DNA of 64,000 nucleotides from a virus (Duplodnaviria; Caudoviricetes): IMG/VR virus record IMGVR_UViG_3300024269_004845; one strand, 5' to 3'. Shown piece by piece: positions 1 to 10,108 of this stretch (position 1 is its first letter; each line of letters starts with the position of its first letter). The notes under the pieces were generated by a model. It saw only the letters and a program-made list of their open reading frames with translations, ran no database searches and was not told where the DNA came from. The position numbers and the translations under genes were made by a program.

Positions 1-732
1 AAAATTTTGATGTCTGACCACGCAGAAAAGACTTTGCATGATTATGCTTTTGTAATTAAAAAAATTATTCCAGAATATTGCAGAGTTCTTAGATGTAAGC
101 AAAATAATCCTCACCACATTTATACGCTCGAAGGTCATACATTGAAGGTTGTCGAAAACGTGCCGAAAAAAGAAATTGTTCGTCTGGCTGCTTTTTTCCA
201 TGACATTGGTAAGCCATATGTTATGGTTAAGGATAAGGACGGTATTGAACATTTTCCTGGTCATGCAAGAAAAGGCGCAGAACTAACAGAAAAAATTATG
301 ACACGGCTCCGTTTTTCAAGTAAAGAAATTAAAGATGTAAGCGATTTGGTTAAGTATCATGATTCTTTCTGGAAGCCAACTAAGAGAATAACTAAAAATC
401 TTCTTAGTAAGTTGGGTGATGAATTATTCTTTGATATTGTAGAACTTCGAAAAGCTGATATTCTTGCACAGGCATCAAAAAATGATAATAGCATTGAGAC
501 TCTTTTGATGTTCTATAATCAAATTAAAGAAGAAAATTCTGCTATTACACTAAAGGATTTGGCTATTGATGGTAACGACTTAATCAACGAATGTCATATT
601 CATCCATCTCCTTTATTCAAGAAAGTCCTAAATACCTTACTTGAAATGGTGATGGATGAAGTAATTAAAAATGACAAGGCAATTTTACTTGAAGAGGCAA
701 AAAAAATTATTCAAAACGAAAAAGACTGTTGA
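1..732 (+). CDS. cca: CCA-adding tRNA nucleotidyltransferase, C-terminal HD-domain part (5'-truncated by window edge)
   Basis: Frame is open to base 1 (KILMS...). QNNPHHIYT..GHT, LAAFFHDIGKP, HFPGHA, LAIDGNDL and the closing 'NDK..LL' are typical of clostridial CCA/HD proteins. Confidence 0.85.
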   Translation, partial: KILMSDHAEKTLHDYAFVIKKIIPEYCRVLRCKQNNPHHIYTLEGHTLKVVENVPKKEIVRLAAFFHDIGKPYVMVKDKDGIEHFPGHARKGAELTEKIMTRLRFSSKEIKDVSDLVKYHDSFWKPTKRITKNLLSKLGDELFFDIVELRKADILAQASKNDNSIETLLMFYNQIKEENSAITLKDLAIDGNDLINECHIHPSPLFKKVLNTLLEMVMDEVIKNDKAILLEEAKKIIQNEKDC

Positions 733-752
733 TGTTCTCAACAGTCTTTTTT
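719..752. terminator. Bidirectional intrinsic terminator
   Basis: aaaaagactgttga-tgttc-tcaacagtcttttt between convergent genes. Confidence 0.85.
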
Positions 753-753
753 A

Positions 754-2343
754 TTATGCTAAATTAGCGTAATCTCTTATACCAGTGATAGCATTGTATC
801 TAAATGAATAAATAGAATAAGTATCGTCTTTTTCAATATATTCGGAACAATATACCCAGTTATCTTCTATTCCATAAATAATAATGTTGTTCCCCAAATA
901 CTTATCATTTACGGTTAGGCTTAATTCTGAGTCTCCTGTTTCGTTTGCTTTAACCAGATTAATTGCAAATTCTACGGGATATTTTTCTTCGGAATAGAAA
1001 AGCCTAAATGTATCCGTTTGATATGTCTGGGTTTCATTTGTTTCTGGATTATAAGTTACATTATAAATATAACCCGTATTATCCATTAAATAAATAGAAA
1101 TTGTGTCATCTTCAACAAAGGAATAGTAAAAATTCTCTTTAGCTGCTCCGATTTGGATTGGAATTTCTAGGGTTGCAACTTCTTCCAATTTGAAATCTTT
1201 GCTATTAAAAGTATGAACAGTTATTTTCCCTCGAGGATTTTTAACTGGCAAGTAATACTTTCCATCAATAATATTAAAATCCCCACCTGTTTCTTTTATT
1301 TCCGCTAATGTTTTTAGATTTATCTCGTTTACAGAATTTTTTTCAATGTTTATTCCAAAAATATCATCTCTTCCAACTGCTACATATTTACCATCTAAAT
1401 AATAAATATTTTGGGCAGTTCTTTGGACACTTCCAACAGCAGAAATGGAAATATTTAAAGACTCATCGATATCAATAGTGTATACTTCTACAGCATGACC
1501 CATTAAACCAAACATATAAATGGTTTCGTCTGTTTTATGTAAAAAAATATTCTGCAAATCAGTTGCGAAAGTAATATTGTTTGGGGTTATATCTAGTGAA
1601 GAACCATACAGGTCATAAACAACAAGCATTTTCCCGTATGTTCCTTCTCTGACAACCAATTCTTTTGTTTCGTCAATATTTACAGTCTTTCTTAATAGTC
1701 CTGACTCGTTGAGAACTGGATGTTCTATATTGGGTTTTACTGTCGTTATAGCACCAATACTCCTGTCAATATAAAATTTTTCATTGTTCATATATGTTTC
1801 TAAAGTTAAAAGCGAAATATAATTTTTATTTTTATAATTTACTGCTAACTTTTCTTCATCAGTAATTAGTTTTACCTCATTGACGTCAATTGCTTCTGCA
1901 GATACACTTCCTTCTGACAAAGTAGAAATATCTAATTTTATAGTTTCAGGAGCTGTTATAGAGATTCCTGCTTCTGTTACATCAAAATCAATTCCTGTAA
2001 CCTGATGTACCATATTTAAGTCTAAGAAATAATAATTTAAGATTTTTAATGCAGGAATTTTATAGTATTTATCACCAATTTTAACTGGTACTCCGTAATA
2101 GGCATCTCTATATAGTTCTTCTTTTACAAGGGTAACTGTTTCCATTTCGACCACCTTATCACTCATATCTGTTTTTTTGTGAGTGATTTCAGCTTCTGTA
2201 TCTTCGACCGCTACATCATCGGTCATAGTTACTATTTCATCAGGCTCTAAAATTGGGGGTTCCTCGATTGTCTGCTGGCCACATCCTGCTAGTAATCCTA
2301 ATAGCATTGTGGAAATTATTGAAATACATAAAAGACGTTTCAA
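754..2343 (-). CDS. Lipoprotein, beta-rich C-terminal region (possible beta-propeller)
   Basis: Lipobox LAGC, acidic linker, RBS AAGGAGG before TTG start. Confidence 0.7.
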   Translation of the reverse strand: MKRLLCISIISTMLLGLLAGCGQQTIEEPPILEPDEIVTMTDDVAVEDTEAEITHKKTDMSDKVVEMETVTLVKEELYRDAYYGVPVKIGDKYYKIPALKILNYYFLDLNMVHQVTGIDFDVTEAGISITAPETIKLDISTLSEGSVSAEAIDVNEVKLITDEEKLAVNYKNKNYISLLTLETYMNNEKFYIDRSIGAITTVKPNIEHPVLNESGLLRKTVNIDETKELVVREGTYGKMLVVYDLYGSSLDITPNNITFATDLQNIFLHKTDETIYMFGLMGHAVEVYTIDIDESLNISISAVGSVQRTAQNIYYLDGKYVAVGRDDIFGINIEKNSVNEINLKTLAEIKETGGDFNIIDGKYYLPVKNPRGKITVHTFNSKDFKLEEVATLEIPIQIGAAKENFYYSFVEDDTISIYLMDNTGYIYNVTYNPETNETQTYQTDTFRLFYSEEKYPVEFAINLVKANETGDSELSLTVNDKYLGNNIIIYGIEDNWVYCSEYIEKDDTYSIYSFRYNAITGIRDYANLA

Positions 2344-2345
2344 GA

Positions 2346-3623
2346 TTATTCCTCCTTTAATACGATATCTATAATATTCAATTCGGTGTTTGACATGTAG
2401 GAAATTTCATTTCTTACTACACCGATTTCTTTAAAAACTTTTGGAAGCCATGTTTGGATATTTGTTATTACGGCATCATATGTCTCTATGTTAGTTGTTC
2501 TAAAAGTAATGTGGTTTGGGTTTAGTTCATAACTATGTTTTGATATTTTTACCACATCTACTTCTGAATAATTATTTAAAATTAAGTCATTGTAATAATA
2601 GTAGTTATACTTTGTATTGTTTGCTTCTGGCAGATAATCGAAATAATATATCTTGTGGCTTAATGTCAAGTCTTCTGCTGTAAGAGCAAAATAGTTATAT
2701 GGCAAATATTTTGATGTATTAGTAGGGGAGTCCCAAGTAACATCAAAGAAATACCATTGATTATCTATTTTAGCCATATTCCATTCATGAGCTTGTTCTT
2801 TAGATTCTCCTACTACTGTTAATGAATCTATATCAATTAAACTTAATAAGTATTGAAAAGATTCTGCGAATCCTTCACATGTAGCACGATTTTTAATTAA
2901 TGCGCCATAAATACTATAATCCGTTTCTTCATCGCTCTTATATTCTATATTTTTTGTTAAAAACATATATAAATAAAGAACCTTATTGTAATCACCATCG
3001 ATAGCAGATAATTGTTGTAGAATTTCATGCGAAACAATATTTAGTTCGTTTTTAGCACTAGAAATACTTTCTTTTGTCCACAAGTCGCTATATTCAAATT
3101 CTATTTCCATTGCCGAAACAGTTCCATTTATTTTTGTTGTCAAAATTTTAAAACTAGTTGGGCAATAGAATATCTGTGGGTTGTCCATTCTTACAAATTC
3201 ATAAATATCTGATATTCTTTCTGCATTAACAATTGGAATAGATATTTTACTATCAAAATTGTTCAGTCCTTCATAAATCGCCTTATACAACTCTTTTTCT
3301 TTATCGTCTTCTAGTTTTTTACGATAGTAAAAAAGATTATATTCATCGGGAGACAAAATTGGAACGACTGGGTCAGTAACGACCACTTCTTCATCTTTGA
3401 CGTCGAGTGGTTTATCTGTTTCTGTTGTTGGATTATCAACAACGTCCTCAATTGTTATTTGTGTGTCAGGTATTTCGTTCTCCTTTGACACGGAATTATC
3501 TTCGATTGGGGTTTTAACCTCGTCGATAATTACTTGTTCATTTGAACAACCATTCATAATACTTATTAACAATGCAATAAGGAGAACATATGAAATTTTG
3601 TTAATTAAATTTTTAATTTTCAA
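2346..3623 (-). CDS. Transglutaminase-like (papain-fold) lipoprotein
   Basis: Lipobox-like MNGC; C-H-D triad motifs ATCEGFA, HEWN, FDVTWD. Confidence 0.85.
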   Translation of the reverse strand: MKIKNLINKISYVLLIALLISIMNGCSNEQVIIDEVKTPIEDNSVSKENEIPDTQITIEDVVDNPTTETDKPLDVKDEEVVVTDPVVPILSPDEYNLFYYRKKLEDDKEKELYKAIYEGLNNFDSKISIPIVNAERISDIYEFVRMDNPQIFYCPTSFKILTTKINGTVSAMEIEFEYSDLWTKESISSAKNELNIVSHEILQQLSAIDGDYNKVLYLYMFLTKNIEYKSDEETDYSIYGALIKNRATCEGFAESFQYLLSLIDIDSLTVVGESKEQAHEWNMAKIDNQWYFFDVTWDSPTNTSKYLPYNYFALTAEDLTLSHKIYYFDYLPEANNTKYNYYYYNDLILNNYSEVDVVKISKHSYELNPNHITFRTTNIETYDAVITNIQTWLPKVFKEIGVVRNEISYMSNTELNIIDIVLKEE

Positions 3624-3929
3624 TTAATTGTTCTCCTCTCATAGTTAATTAAAAATCTAAAACAAAATGTTAGTTTTTTATATTATAGCATGAAACTATT
3701 AAAAAGTAAACTAAACATAGTCTTATTTATAACAATCTGAATATTTTTTAGTGGGTCAAACACGTTAGGTATTTTCTTTTTTGTAAAGATATGGTATTAT
3801 TATTTTATAGGAAATTTGGGTCTAGTAAAGCATTAAAAACTGCTATTTAACTGGCTCCAAACGTATTATATAAAAGCAATATCATAATTTTTGCTAGATA
3901 TTATTATTTTTTAAAAAGGAGTGAATTCG

Positions 3930-4217
3930 ATGGCAGCTGGAGATAAGATTGGCGTTTGCCCTATTTGTGGCGCAGACGTTGTAGAAAATTCTAAGGCTTA
4001 TGGTTGCAGTCATTGGCGTGAATCTGATGGTGCATGTAAGTTTACCGTTTGGAAGACTATTGCAAAGCGTGAAATGAAAGAAGAAGAAGTTAAGGCTCTT
4101 ATTGAAAATAAGGAGACTGATTATCTTGATGGATTTGTTTCTAAGAAGGGTAATGCTTTCTCAGCTAAGCTTTGTTTGAGAGACGGGAAGATTGAAATGG
4201 AGTTTAAGCCTCGCTAA
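3930..4217 (+). CDS. Stand-alone topoisomerase III C-terminal repeat / zinc-ribbon protein
   Basis: GVCPICG...YGCS..CKFTVWK.IA...L.GFVSKKG..FSAKL matches the Toprim_Crpt repeat. Start re-called to ATG 3930 after AAGGAG. Confidence 0.85.
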   Translation: MAAGDKIGVCPICGADVVENSKAYGCSHWRESDGACKFTVWKTIAKREMKEEEVKALIENKETDYLDGFVSKKGNAFSAKLCLRDGKIEMEFKPR

Positions 4218-4243
4218 ACTCTGGAATTAAACAGGTTTAAGGG

Positions 4244-4272
4244 TTTACAAACTCAACAAAAAATGCTATAAT
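4244..4272 (+). promoter_or_regulatory. sigmaA promoter with extended -10
   Basis: TTTACA-N17-TATAAT with TG one base upstream of the -10. Confidence 0.8.
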
Positions 4273-4323
4273 ATAAGTGTTCAAATGAACAAGTAAATTA
4301 GATAATAACAGGAGGATTTAAAA

Positions 4324-4497
4324 ATGTTTCCTAAGAAGACTGCAGAACAGTTTGTTGAAGAGATGAAGAAGAAGTATGGTGCAAAGTATGAACTTGTGGG
4401 TAGGTACGGTAATATGAATACTCGTACAACTTTCAAGGATACTGAAACAGGCGAGGTTTTTGATAAGGCTCCTGTTGATTTGATGCGTATGTCTTAA
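4324..4497 (+). CDS. 57-aa protein, single DUF723/homing-endonuclease-type DNA-binding repeat (not in ORF track)
   Basis: MFPKKTAEQFVEEMKKKYGAKYELVGRYGNMNTRTTFKDTETGEVFDKAPVDLMRMS; RBS AGGAGG, own promoter and terminator. Confidence 0.8.
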   Translation: MFPKKTAEQFVEEMKKKYGAKYELVGRYGNMNTRTTFKDTETGEVFDKAPVDLMRMS

Positions 4498-4502
4498 AAA
4501 AT

Positions 4503-4533
4503 GCGGTGGAACGGCTTTGTTCCACCGTTTTGT
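4503..4533 (+). terminator. Intrinsic terminator of the 57-aa gene
   Basis: gcggtggaac-ggcttt-gttccaccgt followed by a T-tract. Confidence 0.8.
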
Positions 4534-4546
4534 TTTATTTATAAAC

Positions 4547-4584
4547 AAAAGAACCAATTGCAATTTTTGCAATTGGTTCTTTTT
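4547..4584. terminator. Bidirectional terminator
   Basis: aaaagaaccaattgcaa-ttt-ttgcaattggttcttttt. Confidence 0.8.
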
Positions 4585-4585
4585 A

Positions 4586-6127
4586 TTAATAATCGAAGTT
4601 ATTTCTCTCAACTGAAATATTGATTTCATTACCATCCCAGATGTAAATATCAAAAGTGATTTCGTCATATTCTGCGTATGCAGACATGGACCAATATTCT
4701 TCTTTGTATTGTTGTAATAGGTTTTGAATCCAATTATCAAGTTCAGAAGATGGGACAATTAAACCAGTTGTTTCTTCAATTCTCTCAGTAACTGCATTTA
4801 ATGTTTCATGGTCATAATCTTTTCCAAAATAATAATTAAGTTCTAAATCTACATAGTTATCAGACAAGTAAAGGCTGATTTCTTCGTCAAACTTTTCAAA
4901 GTCTCCTTCATAACTAGCAGAATAACTATTCCATTCTTTATCAGAAGAAGAATTTGTATTGTACTTCATATTGGGAGAAATTTTAGCAAGAGTGTCATCT
5001 ATTTGGGACTTTATAGTATTGTATTTTTCAGCTACTGCATCTCCTTCAAAGTCTGCAGATTCTACTACAAAGTCAAATGCATACTCGGGCACACTAGTAA
5101 AATCATAGTCTATTTCTACGTTTTCAAAATCTTCCCAAGAATATTCATCTTCATCGGTATTGGTGTCTTCGGTAATCCATTCAAAATTAACATCTTCCGA
5201 GTCTTCCACATCTTCTGTATCCCAATCCATTGATTCGTCCATTCCAAAGTCTAGAGAAAGACTTCCTTCTTCATCGGTACTCAAAACTTTTTCATCTGCT
5301 GGGAACTCAATAGTAATATCTTGAGGTATTAGCTCAACAGATACATCACATTGAATCATATTTTCAAAATTTAGAAAAATTTTAGAAATATATTTATTAT
5401 TAGTAGCGTCTTTTAAAAGAACTAGGTCTGCGGTAGAATTATCTACTGTATCGACCTTTAATTTTTCTTTCATTTCGTCGGTTAAACTATCTTGGATATA
5501 TTTATTACCCAACTTAGCTAAATAAGAGCCATCTTCATTCTTGGAAGTATTTTCGACAGTAATGTAGTCTTTAGCAGCGGGCATTTCAGTTTCTTCTTTT
5601 TCTGATTCGGCTTCAGGCTCAGTAGTAGTCTTTATATATTCATATTCTTCACCGAAGAACATTTTAATCAAAGCCACTTCATCACCGATGATTTCTGCTA
5701 AAATATCGAATAATCCATCAATTTCAAGATAAACAGTCTCATCATCGACAATTGCATTCATCTTTTCCTCAAAAAGTTCAAGAGTCATATCAACCTGTTT
5801 TTCCTCGTTATATTTAGCACTTACTAGAATATCAAATTTTAGATTGCCATTTTCATCAACTAAATTTTCGAGAGCTTCGCTAGGTTCCATTTCAAATATG
5901 GTTTCTTCCGATTCTTCTTTCTCTGATAGTTTTTCCAAAGCATCCTTATGAATTGTGATAGACGCGTCTAAATCAACGGCTCCTTCTTTTACTTCGCTCA
6001 TTTCGGTTAAAATAGCCTTCAGTTCGTCTGCTGGAACGGGTTCTGGCTCTTTCTTTCCGCAACCAACTAATGTGCTAAAACACATAGCGGTTACTAAAAG
6101 CAAAGATATTATTTTTTTGTTTTTCAT
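4586..6127 (-). CDS. Acidic lipoprotein, unknown function
   Basis: Lipobox LVGC, RBS AAGGAGG, 513-aa ORF. Confidence 0.75.
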   Translation of the reverse strand: MKNKKIISLLLVTAMCFSTLVGCGKKEPEPVPADELKAILTEMSEVKEGAVDLDASITIHKDALEKLSEKEESEETIFEMEPSEALENLVDENGNLKFDILVSAKYNEEKQVDMTLELFEEKMNAIVDDETVYLEIDGLFDILAEIIGDEVALIKMFFGEEYEYIKTTTEPEAESEKEETEMPAAKDYITVENTSKNEDGSYLAKLGNKYIQDSLTDEMKEKLKVDTVDNSTADLVLLKDATNNKYISKIFLNFENMIQCDVSVELIPQDITIEFPADEKVLSTDEEGSLSLDFGMDESMDWDTEDVEDSEDVNFEWITEDTNTDEDEYSWEDFENVEIDYDFTSVPEYAFDFVVESADFEGDAVAEKYNTIKSQIDDTLAKISPNMKYNTNSSSDKEWNSYSASYEGDFEKFDEEISLYLSDNYVDLELNYYFGKDYDHETLNAVTERIEETTGLIVPSSELDNWIQNLLQQYKEEYWSMSAYAEYDEITFDIYIWDGNEINISVERNNFDY

Positions 6128-6215
6128 TTGAATTAACCTCCTTAAATTTTAACAAAGTAGAGTCATTTAATAATTATATATGTGAATTTTTAACATGATA
6201 ACTTTTTAATATTTG

Positions 6216-6680
6216 TTATACAAGAACAGAATATATACTTTCTGGGACATATCTTTTAACATCTTTGTTGTATTTTAATAATTCCCTTATTAAAGAGGAC
6301 GAAATTGTTTCATTTTCTGCCCTAAAATAAATCGTTTTAAGCTTTGGATTAATTTCATTATTAATCTTGGCAATGTTTTCTTCGTACATATAATCACTTG
6401 TATTTCGTAATCCACGAATTAAATAGTTTATATTCAAATCCGTGCAAAAATCAGCAATCATTTTGTCACAAACAACTACTTCGCAATTTATTAGGTTTTC
6501 TGAAGCAATGGTTTCTTTAATTGCTGAGACCATTTTTTCAATTGGGATAAATCGTGTTTTTGCAGAATTATTTGCAACACAAAGATACACTTTGTCGAAT
6601 ACTTCACAAGCTTCTTTAACAATGCTGAGATGCCCATTTGTAAAAGGGTCAAAACTTCCAGCATACAAAGCAGTTTTCAT
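6216..6680 (-). CDS. coaD: Phosphopantetheine adenylyltransferase
   Basis: YAGSFDPFTNGH, IRGLRN..DY.YE, ISSSLIRE motifs; 154 aa. Confidence 0.92.
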   Translation of the reverse strand: MKTALYAGSFDPFTNGHLSIVKEACEVFDKVYLCVANNSAKTRFIPIEKMVSAIKETIASENLINCEVVVCDKMIADFCTDLNINYLIRGLRNTSDYMYEENIAKINNEINPKLKTIYFRAENETISSSLIRELLKYNKDVKRYVPESIYSVLV

Positions 6681-6734
6681 AAGAAATCCTCCTTAAAAGT
6701 AATTACCCCCAACTGGAAAAGTTGGGGGTATATG

Positions 6735-7436
6735 TTATCTGAACTTCTTTTCCAGTTCGTCTTTATTCTCATTGTATCGGACAAATAATTGATAATCGTT
6801 CCAATCTTTGTCCAAGATGTCTTTTATTGGTTCGGTACGGGCTCTAAAATGGGCACATTGGTAACATTCATCTGAAATATTATATTTTGAATCTTTTTGT
6901 CCATATTCGCCATGCGCGCCAAATGGGCACCAACAGCCCTTGCTGCCATCATGATAAAGTTTATTTACTGGATGGGCACACTGGGGGAATCTTTCTCTAT
7001 ATGCGGCAATTTCTTCATGTGCATATAATCCATAGTCTTTGGCTTTTTCATATGGAAGCATTTCTTGCTGATAATCAAGCCAGTCCTGTGGGTCCATAAT
7101 TCTGGCATCAAATCCAGTGTCGAATTCATTATAAACAAATTGTTTAGAAACTAGTGGAAGAGATTCAAAGTAGGCGAAAATCCTATCTTCATGGTCATAA
7201 TGTTCGTAACCAATATGCCCCTGTTCGTCATCCTCTTCGATAACTTCAACTTCTAAAATGCCATTTGTTTCTTTTAAGCATTTGTCGCACAGATGGATTT
7301 CGGTAGCAAAACCATCAAATCCGCTTCCATATCCAAGTTCCCCGAAGTGTAAAACATTTACTTTTTCAAACTTTTTTAAACACTTCCAGCAGAGACCAGG
7401 TTCATCTTTTATTGCTAAAATTCGTTCTTTAGACAT
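6735..7436 (-). CDS. Cys-rich hypothetical protein (probable zinc binding)
   Basis: CWKC, CDKC, CWC and CYQC motifs; overlaps the stop of the upstream pyk-like gene. Confidence 0.7.
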   Translation of the reverse strand: MSKERILAIKDEPGLCWKCLKKFEKVNVLHFGELGYGSGFDGFATEIHLCDKCLKETNGILEVEVIEEDDEQGHIGYEHYDHEDRIFAYFESLPLVSKQFVYNEFDTGFDARIMDPQDWLDYQQEMLPYEKAKDYGLYAHEEIAAYRERFPQCAHPVNKLYHDGSKGCWCPFGAHGEYGQKDSKYNISDECYQCAHFRARTEPIKDILDKDWNDYQLFVRYNENKDELEKKFR

Positions 7437-8445
7437 TTTTTAATTCCTCCTCAAAGTGATTTAGTAAATCATTTATGTTTTTAGAAATTTTATATGGATT
7501 ATTTGCAAAAATAATTTCATTGACTGGCATAAATCCAGTAGCACCCATTAAATAAAAATAATATAAAGAGGTAATATCAGAAATGTCTGGTTTGTTTTTA
7601 TTTTTGTAATTATCAAATATATATGTAGCAACTATACAATCTATATTTTTATTTTTACAACAACTTATTATCTTATTTTGTATATGTGGTATATTTTTTG
7701 TTGGAAATTCTACACACATATCTCCTCTCCCAATCATTATTCCATCACAAACATTTATTATTTCTTCGATATTTGCAACGCCTTCTTGACTTTCTATTTT
7801 GGCCCATATTTGTGGCATATAAGATGATTTAGATTTAATGTAATTTTTTAATTCATTTATTTGTGCAGCTGAACTAGTAAATGAATAAACTATAATATCT
7901 GCTTTATTTTCTAATCCCCATAATACATCTTTTTTGTCTTTTGTGGACATTTGCAATTTTGTTCTATCAAAGCCGATGGCATTAATTCCTTTTTCTTTTC
8001 TAAAAACAATATTTTCGTTAGACATACATAAAAATATTGTTTTTCTACACTCTGTTATCTTCTTTAAAACAGAAATAATCGCAGTACTATTTTTATTTTC
8101 TACTACAAATTTAGTTGTTTCATGAAGTAGTTCATAATTTTCAAAAGAAATAGGGATTTGCGGACAGTCTAACTCGCTTTCAAAGCCTTCTGGAACAAAT
8201 AGAAAGTGAGAGTTTTTGTTTATACATATAACGTCATTAATGTGTCCTACCCTTACTTTATGGCCTTGTAAATCTTGGACTATCTTAAAATCGGGATAAT
8301 TTGCCCGTAGAAAATTAGCATGCTGGTTAGCAACTTCAATATCGACATGCGAAAAATTAAACCTTACAGCATTAAAGCCAGTATTCAATACTTTTTCAAA
8401 TTCTTCTAAATTAGGAGTTTTTAAAAGTGGGCAAATTCTAATCAT
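7429..8445 (-). CDS. Divergent pyruvate-kinase-fold protein lacking the C-terminal regulatory domain
   Basis: RFNFSH, DLQG.K.R, AKIES.EG, GIMIGRGDM motifs; only 338 aa. Confidence 0.8.
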   Translation of the reverse strand: MIRICPLLKTPNLEEFEKVLNTGFNAVRFNFSHVDIEVANQHANFLRANYPDFKIVQDLQGHKVRVGHINDVICINKNSHFLFVPEGFESELDCPQIPISFENYELLHETTKFVVENKNSTAIISVLKKITECRKTIFLCMSNENIVFRKEKGINAIGFDRTKLQMSTKDKKDVLWGLENKADIIVYSFTSSAAQINELKNYIKSKSSYMPQIWAKIESQEGVANIEEIINVCDGIMIGRGDMCVEFPTKNIPHIQNKIISCCKNKNIDCIVATYIFDNYKNKNKPDISDITSLYYFYLMGATGFMPVNEIIFANNPYKISKNINDLLNHFEEELKNV

Positions 8446-9257
8446 TAAATTTCGTTCCCTTCTATTAATCGTTCAATAAGTTCGTCCTTGTTGTTGTTAA
8501 TGAAGTTATTTTTATTAATTTGTTCAATAAGTTCATTCCAAGATGAATCTTTGATAATTTTAAACCTTGTTGCTAATTCTGGTTTTTCTGTTCCTATTGT
8601 GAGAGCCTTATATTTACCAGTTTCATCCTTAAATAGCAATGCTGGAAATTCATCTCCATTTGTTTCTACAATTTTAGGAAGAACGGTTTCTTTTCCTAAT
8701 GCTGTAGATAATAAAATTAACTGTTCAATAATTGCAGACAAAATATTTTTTCTTTTTTCTACTTCGTTTATTAATTTAATTTTTGTTTCAGGAGAATCAT
8801 CTGGCGAAAAAAGAGTATTTAAAAAATTTTGGGGGCTGTCTTCCGTTTCATTAAGTAAAATTTTACCGTTTTGTATGGTAATTTTATTGTCATCTAATTC
8901 CACTTCTCCAGAAAATAAAACGGGGCGGATATCAGGATTTGAATATGCTATGTATTTTAGCATTTCCTGGTTTTTAGATGTATCAGTAGTTTCTTCAATT
9001 ACATAATTGACTTCTCTTTTGATATCTAGTGATTTTTTAATTTTTGCCGTAAGTTCTTTAGCTTCTTTAGGGGTACAGTAATCCGCTACAAAGAGTATGT
9101 CACCCTCGTCGGATTCAAGATAAATAGTACAGACTGTAAGGATTTTATTCTTTTTAAGAATTTCTATACCACCAATATTAACTAATGTGTGCAAACCGAA
9201 TTCTCTATATAAGTTCATGTTTTCTAGGAACTCTTGGCCTTGTTCTGTTAAAAGCAT
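8445..9257 (-). CDS. Hypothetical protein, translationally coupled to the pyk-like gene
   Basis: Start re-called to MLLTEQ after AAGGAAG; TAATG overlap at 8445. Confidence 0.7.
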   Translation of the reverse strand: MLLTEQGQEFLENMNLYREFGLHTLVNIGGIEILKKNKILTVCTIYLESDEGDILFVADYCTPKEAKELTAKIKKSLDIKREVNYVIEETTDTSKNQEMLKYIAYSNPDIRPVLFSGEVELDDNKITIQNGKILLNETEDSPQNFLNTLFSPDDSPETKIKLINEVEKRKNILSAIIEQLILLSTALGKETVLPKIVETNGDEFPALLFKDETGKYKALTIGTEKPELATRFKIIKDSSWNELIEQINKNNFINNNKDELIERLIEGNEI

Positions 9258-9291
9258 TTTACACACTTCCTTTTCTTTTATAGTATAATAT

Positions 9292-9320
9292 ATTATAACA
9301 TATTTGTTGTAGAAAATCAA
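9292..9320 (-). promoter_or_regulatory. sigmaA promoter
   Basis: TTGATT-N17(...aaatatgt)-TATAAT on the minus strand. Confidence 0.75.
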
Positions 9321-9339
9321 GATATAATACTACTACAAA

Positions 9340-9373
9340 AAAGAAAAAAGGCACATGTGTGCCTTTTTTCTTT
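9340..9373. terminator. Intrinsic terminator
   Basis: aaagaaaaaaggcac-atgt-gtgccttttttcttt. Confidence 0.75.
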
Positions 9374-10049
9374 AATCGTCTTCTCTGAATGCGGCGGTTG
9401 TCGGGTTAATCAACAGATAATAGCTGCCATTTCCACAGCCAGAATATTCTGAAGAAAACCATGCACGAAATACGCCGTCTTCGCCCATTTTTGTTTCGAG
9501 AGAAAGGTCCCTTTTTTCACCATACTGCTTATAGTGATATTCCTTTTTCTCTTCGATAGCCTTCTTAAGCTCTCGCATAACGGATTCTGGGAATTTTCCA
9601 GAGATATTAGTCGTCGAAAAGTTGTTGTAGTATTTACTTTTCATAAGAGTATGGTCTGTGGAAAGTTCCTTGCGGATATTTTCCCAAAGATTCTTATGAA
9701 ATCTGCCAACAAATTGTCGAACTTTCTTTTCTGCATTCACATCGGATTCTGCAAAGATAGTGATGCTTTCCATGTTTTCGTACATTTCGTCTGTGATATA
9801 GTATCCATGACGAGGCTGTAGTCTGCAACTGTAACAATATCTTCCACTGACGGGCAAGAAGAAGGAAAGCGCAATTTCAGTTTCTCTTTCAGTTTTTGTC
9901 TTGTTGTGAATGATTTTTACGGGGTTCTTAAATTTCATCAAGAATTTTTGAGTCGGATAATCTCCGTTCCGATATTCGGTATATACCTCCTCATAAATCT
10001 TTTTGAATTCATCTGCCGTATGTTTTGTAAATGTCCATGTTTTAGCCAT
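9372..10049 (-). CDS. Hypothetical protein
   Basis: Start re-called to MAKTW after GGGAGG; long ORF with own terminator. Confidence 0.7.
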   Translation of the reverse strand: MAKTWTFTKHTADEFKKIYEEVYTEYRNGDYPTQKFLMKFKNPVKIIHNKTKTERETEIALSFFLPVSGRYCYSCRLQPRHGYYITDEMYENMESITIFAESDVNAEKKVRQFVGRFHKNLWENIRKELSTDHTLMKSKYYNNFSTTNISGKFPESVMRELKKAIEEKKEYHYKQYGEKRDLSLETKMGEDGVFRAWFSSEYSGCGNGSYYLLINPTTAAFREDD

Positions 10050-10108
10050 TGTTTTCCCTCCCATGTTTATCGAACATATTATATTATATAAATATTTATT
10101 TGTCAACA

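Noticed and set aside
4318-4758. 146-aa minus-strand ORF
   Set aside because: Shadow ORF that crosses two terminators and lies antisense to the well-supported 57-aa gene.
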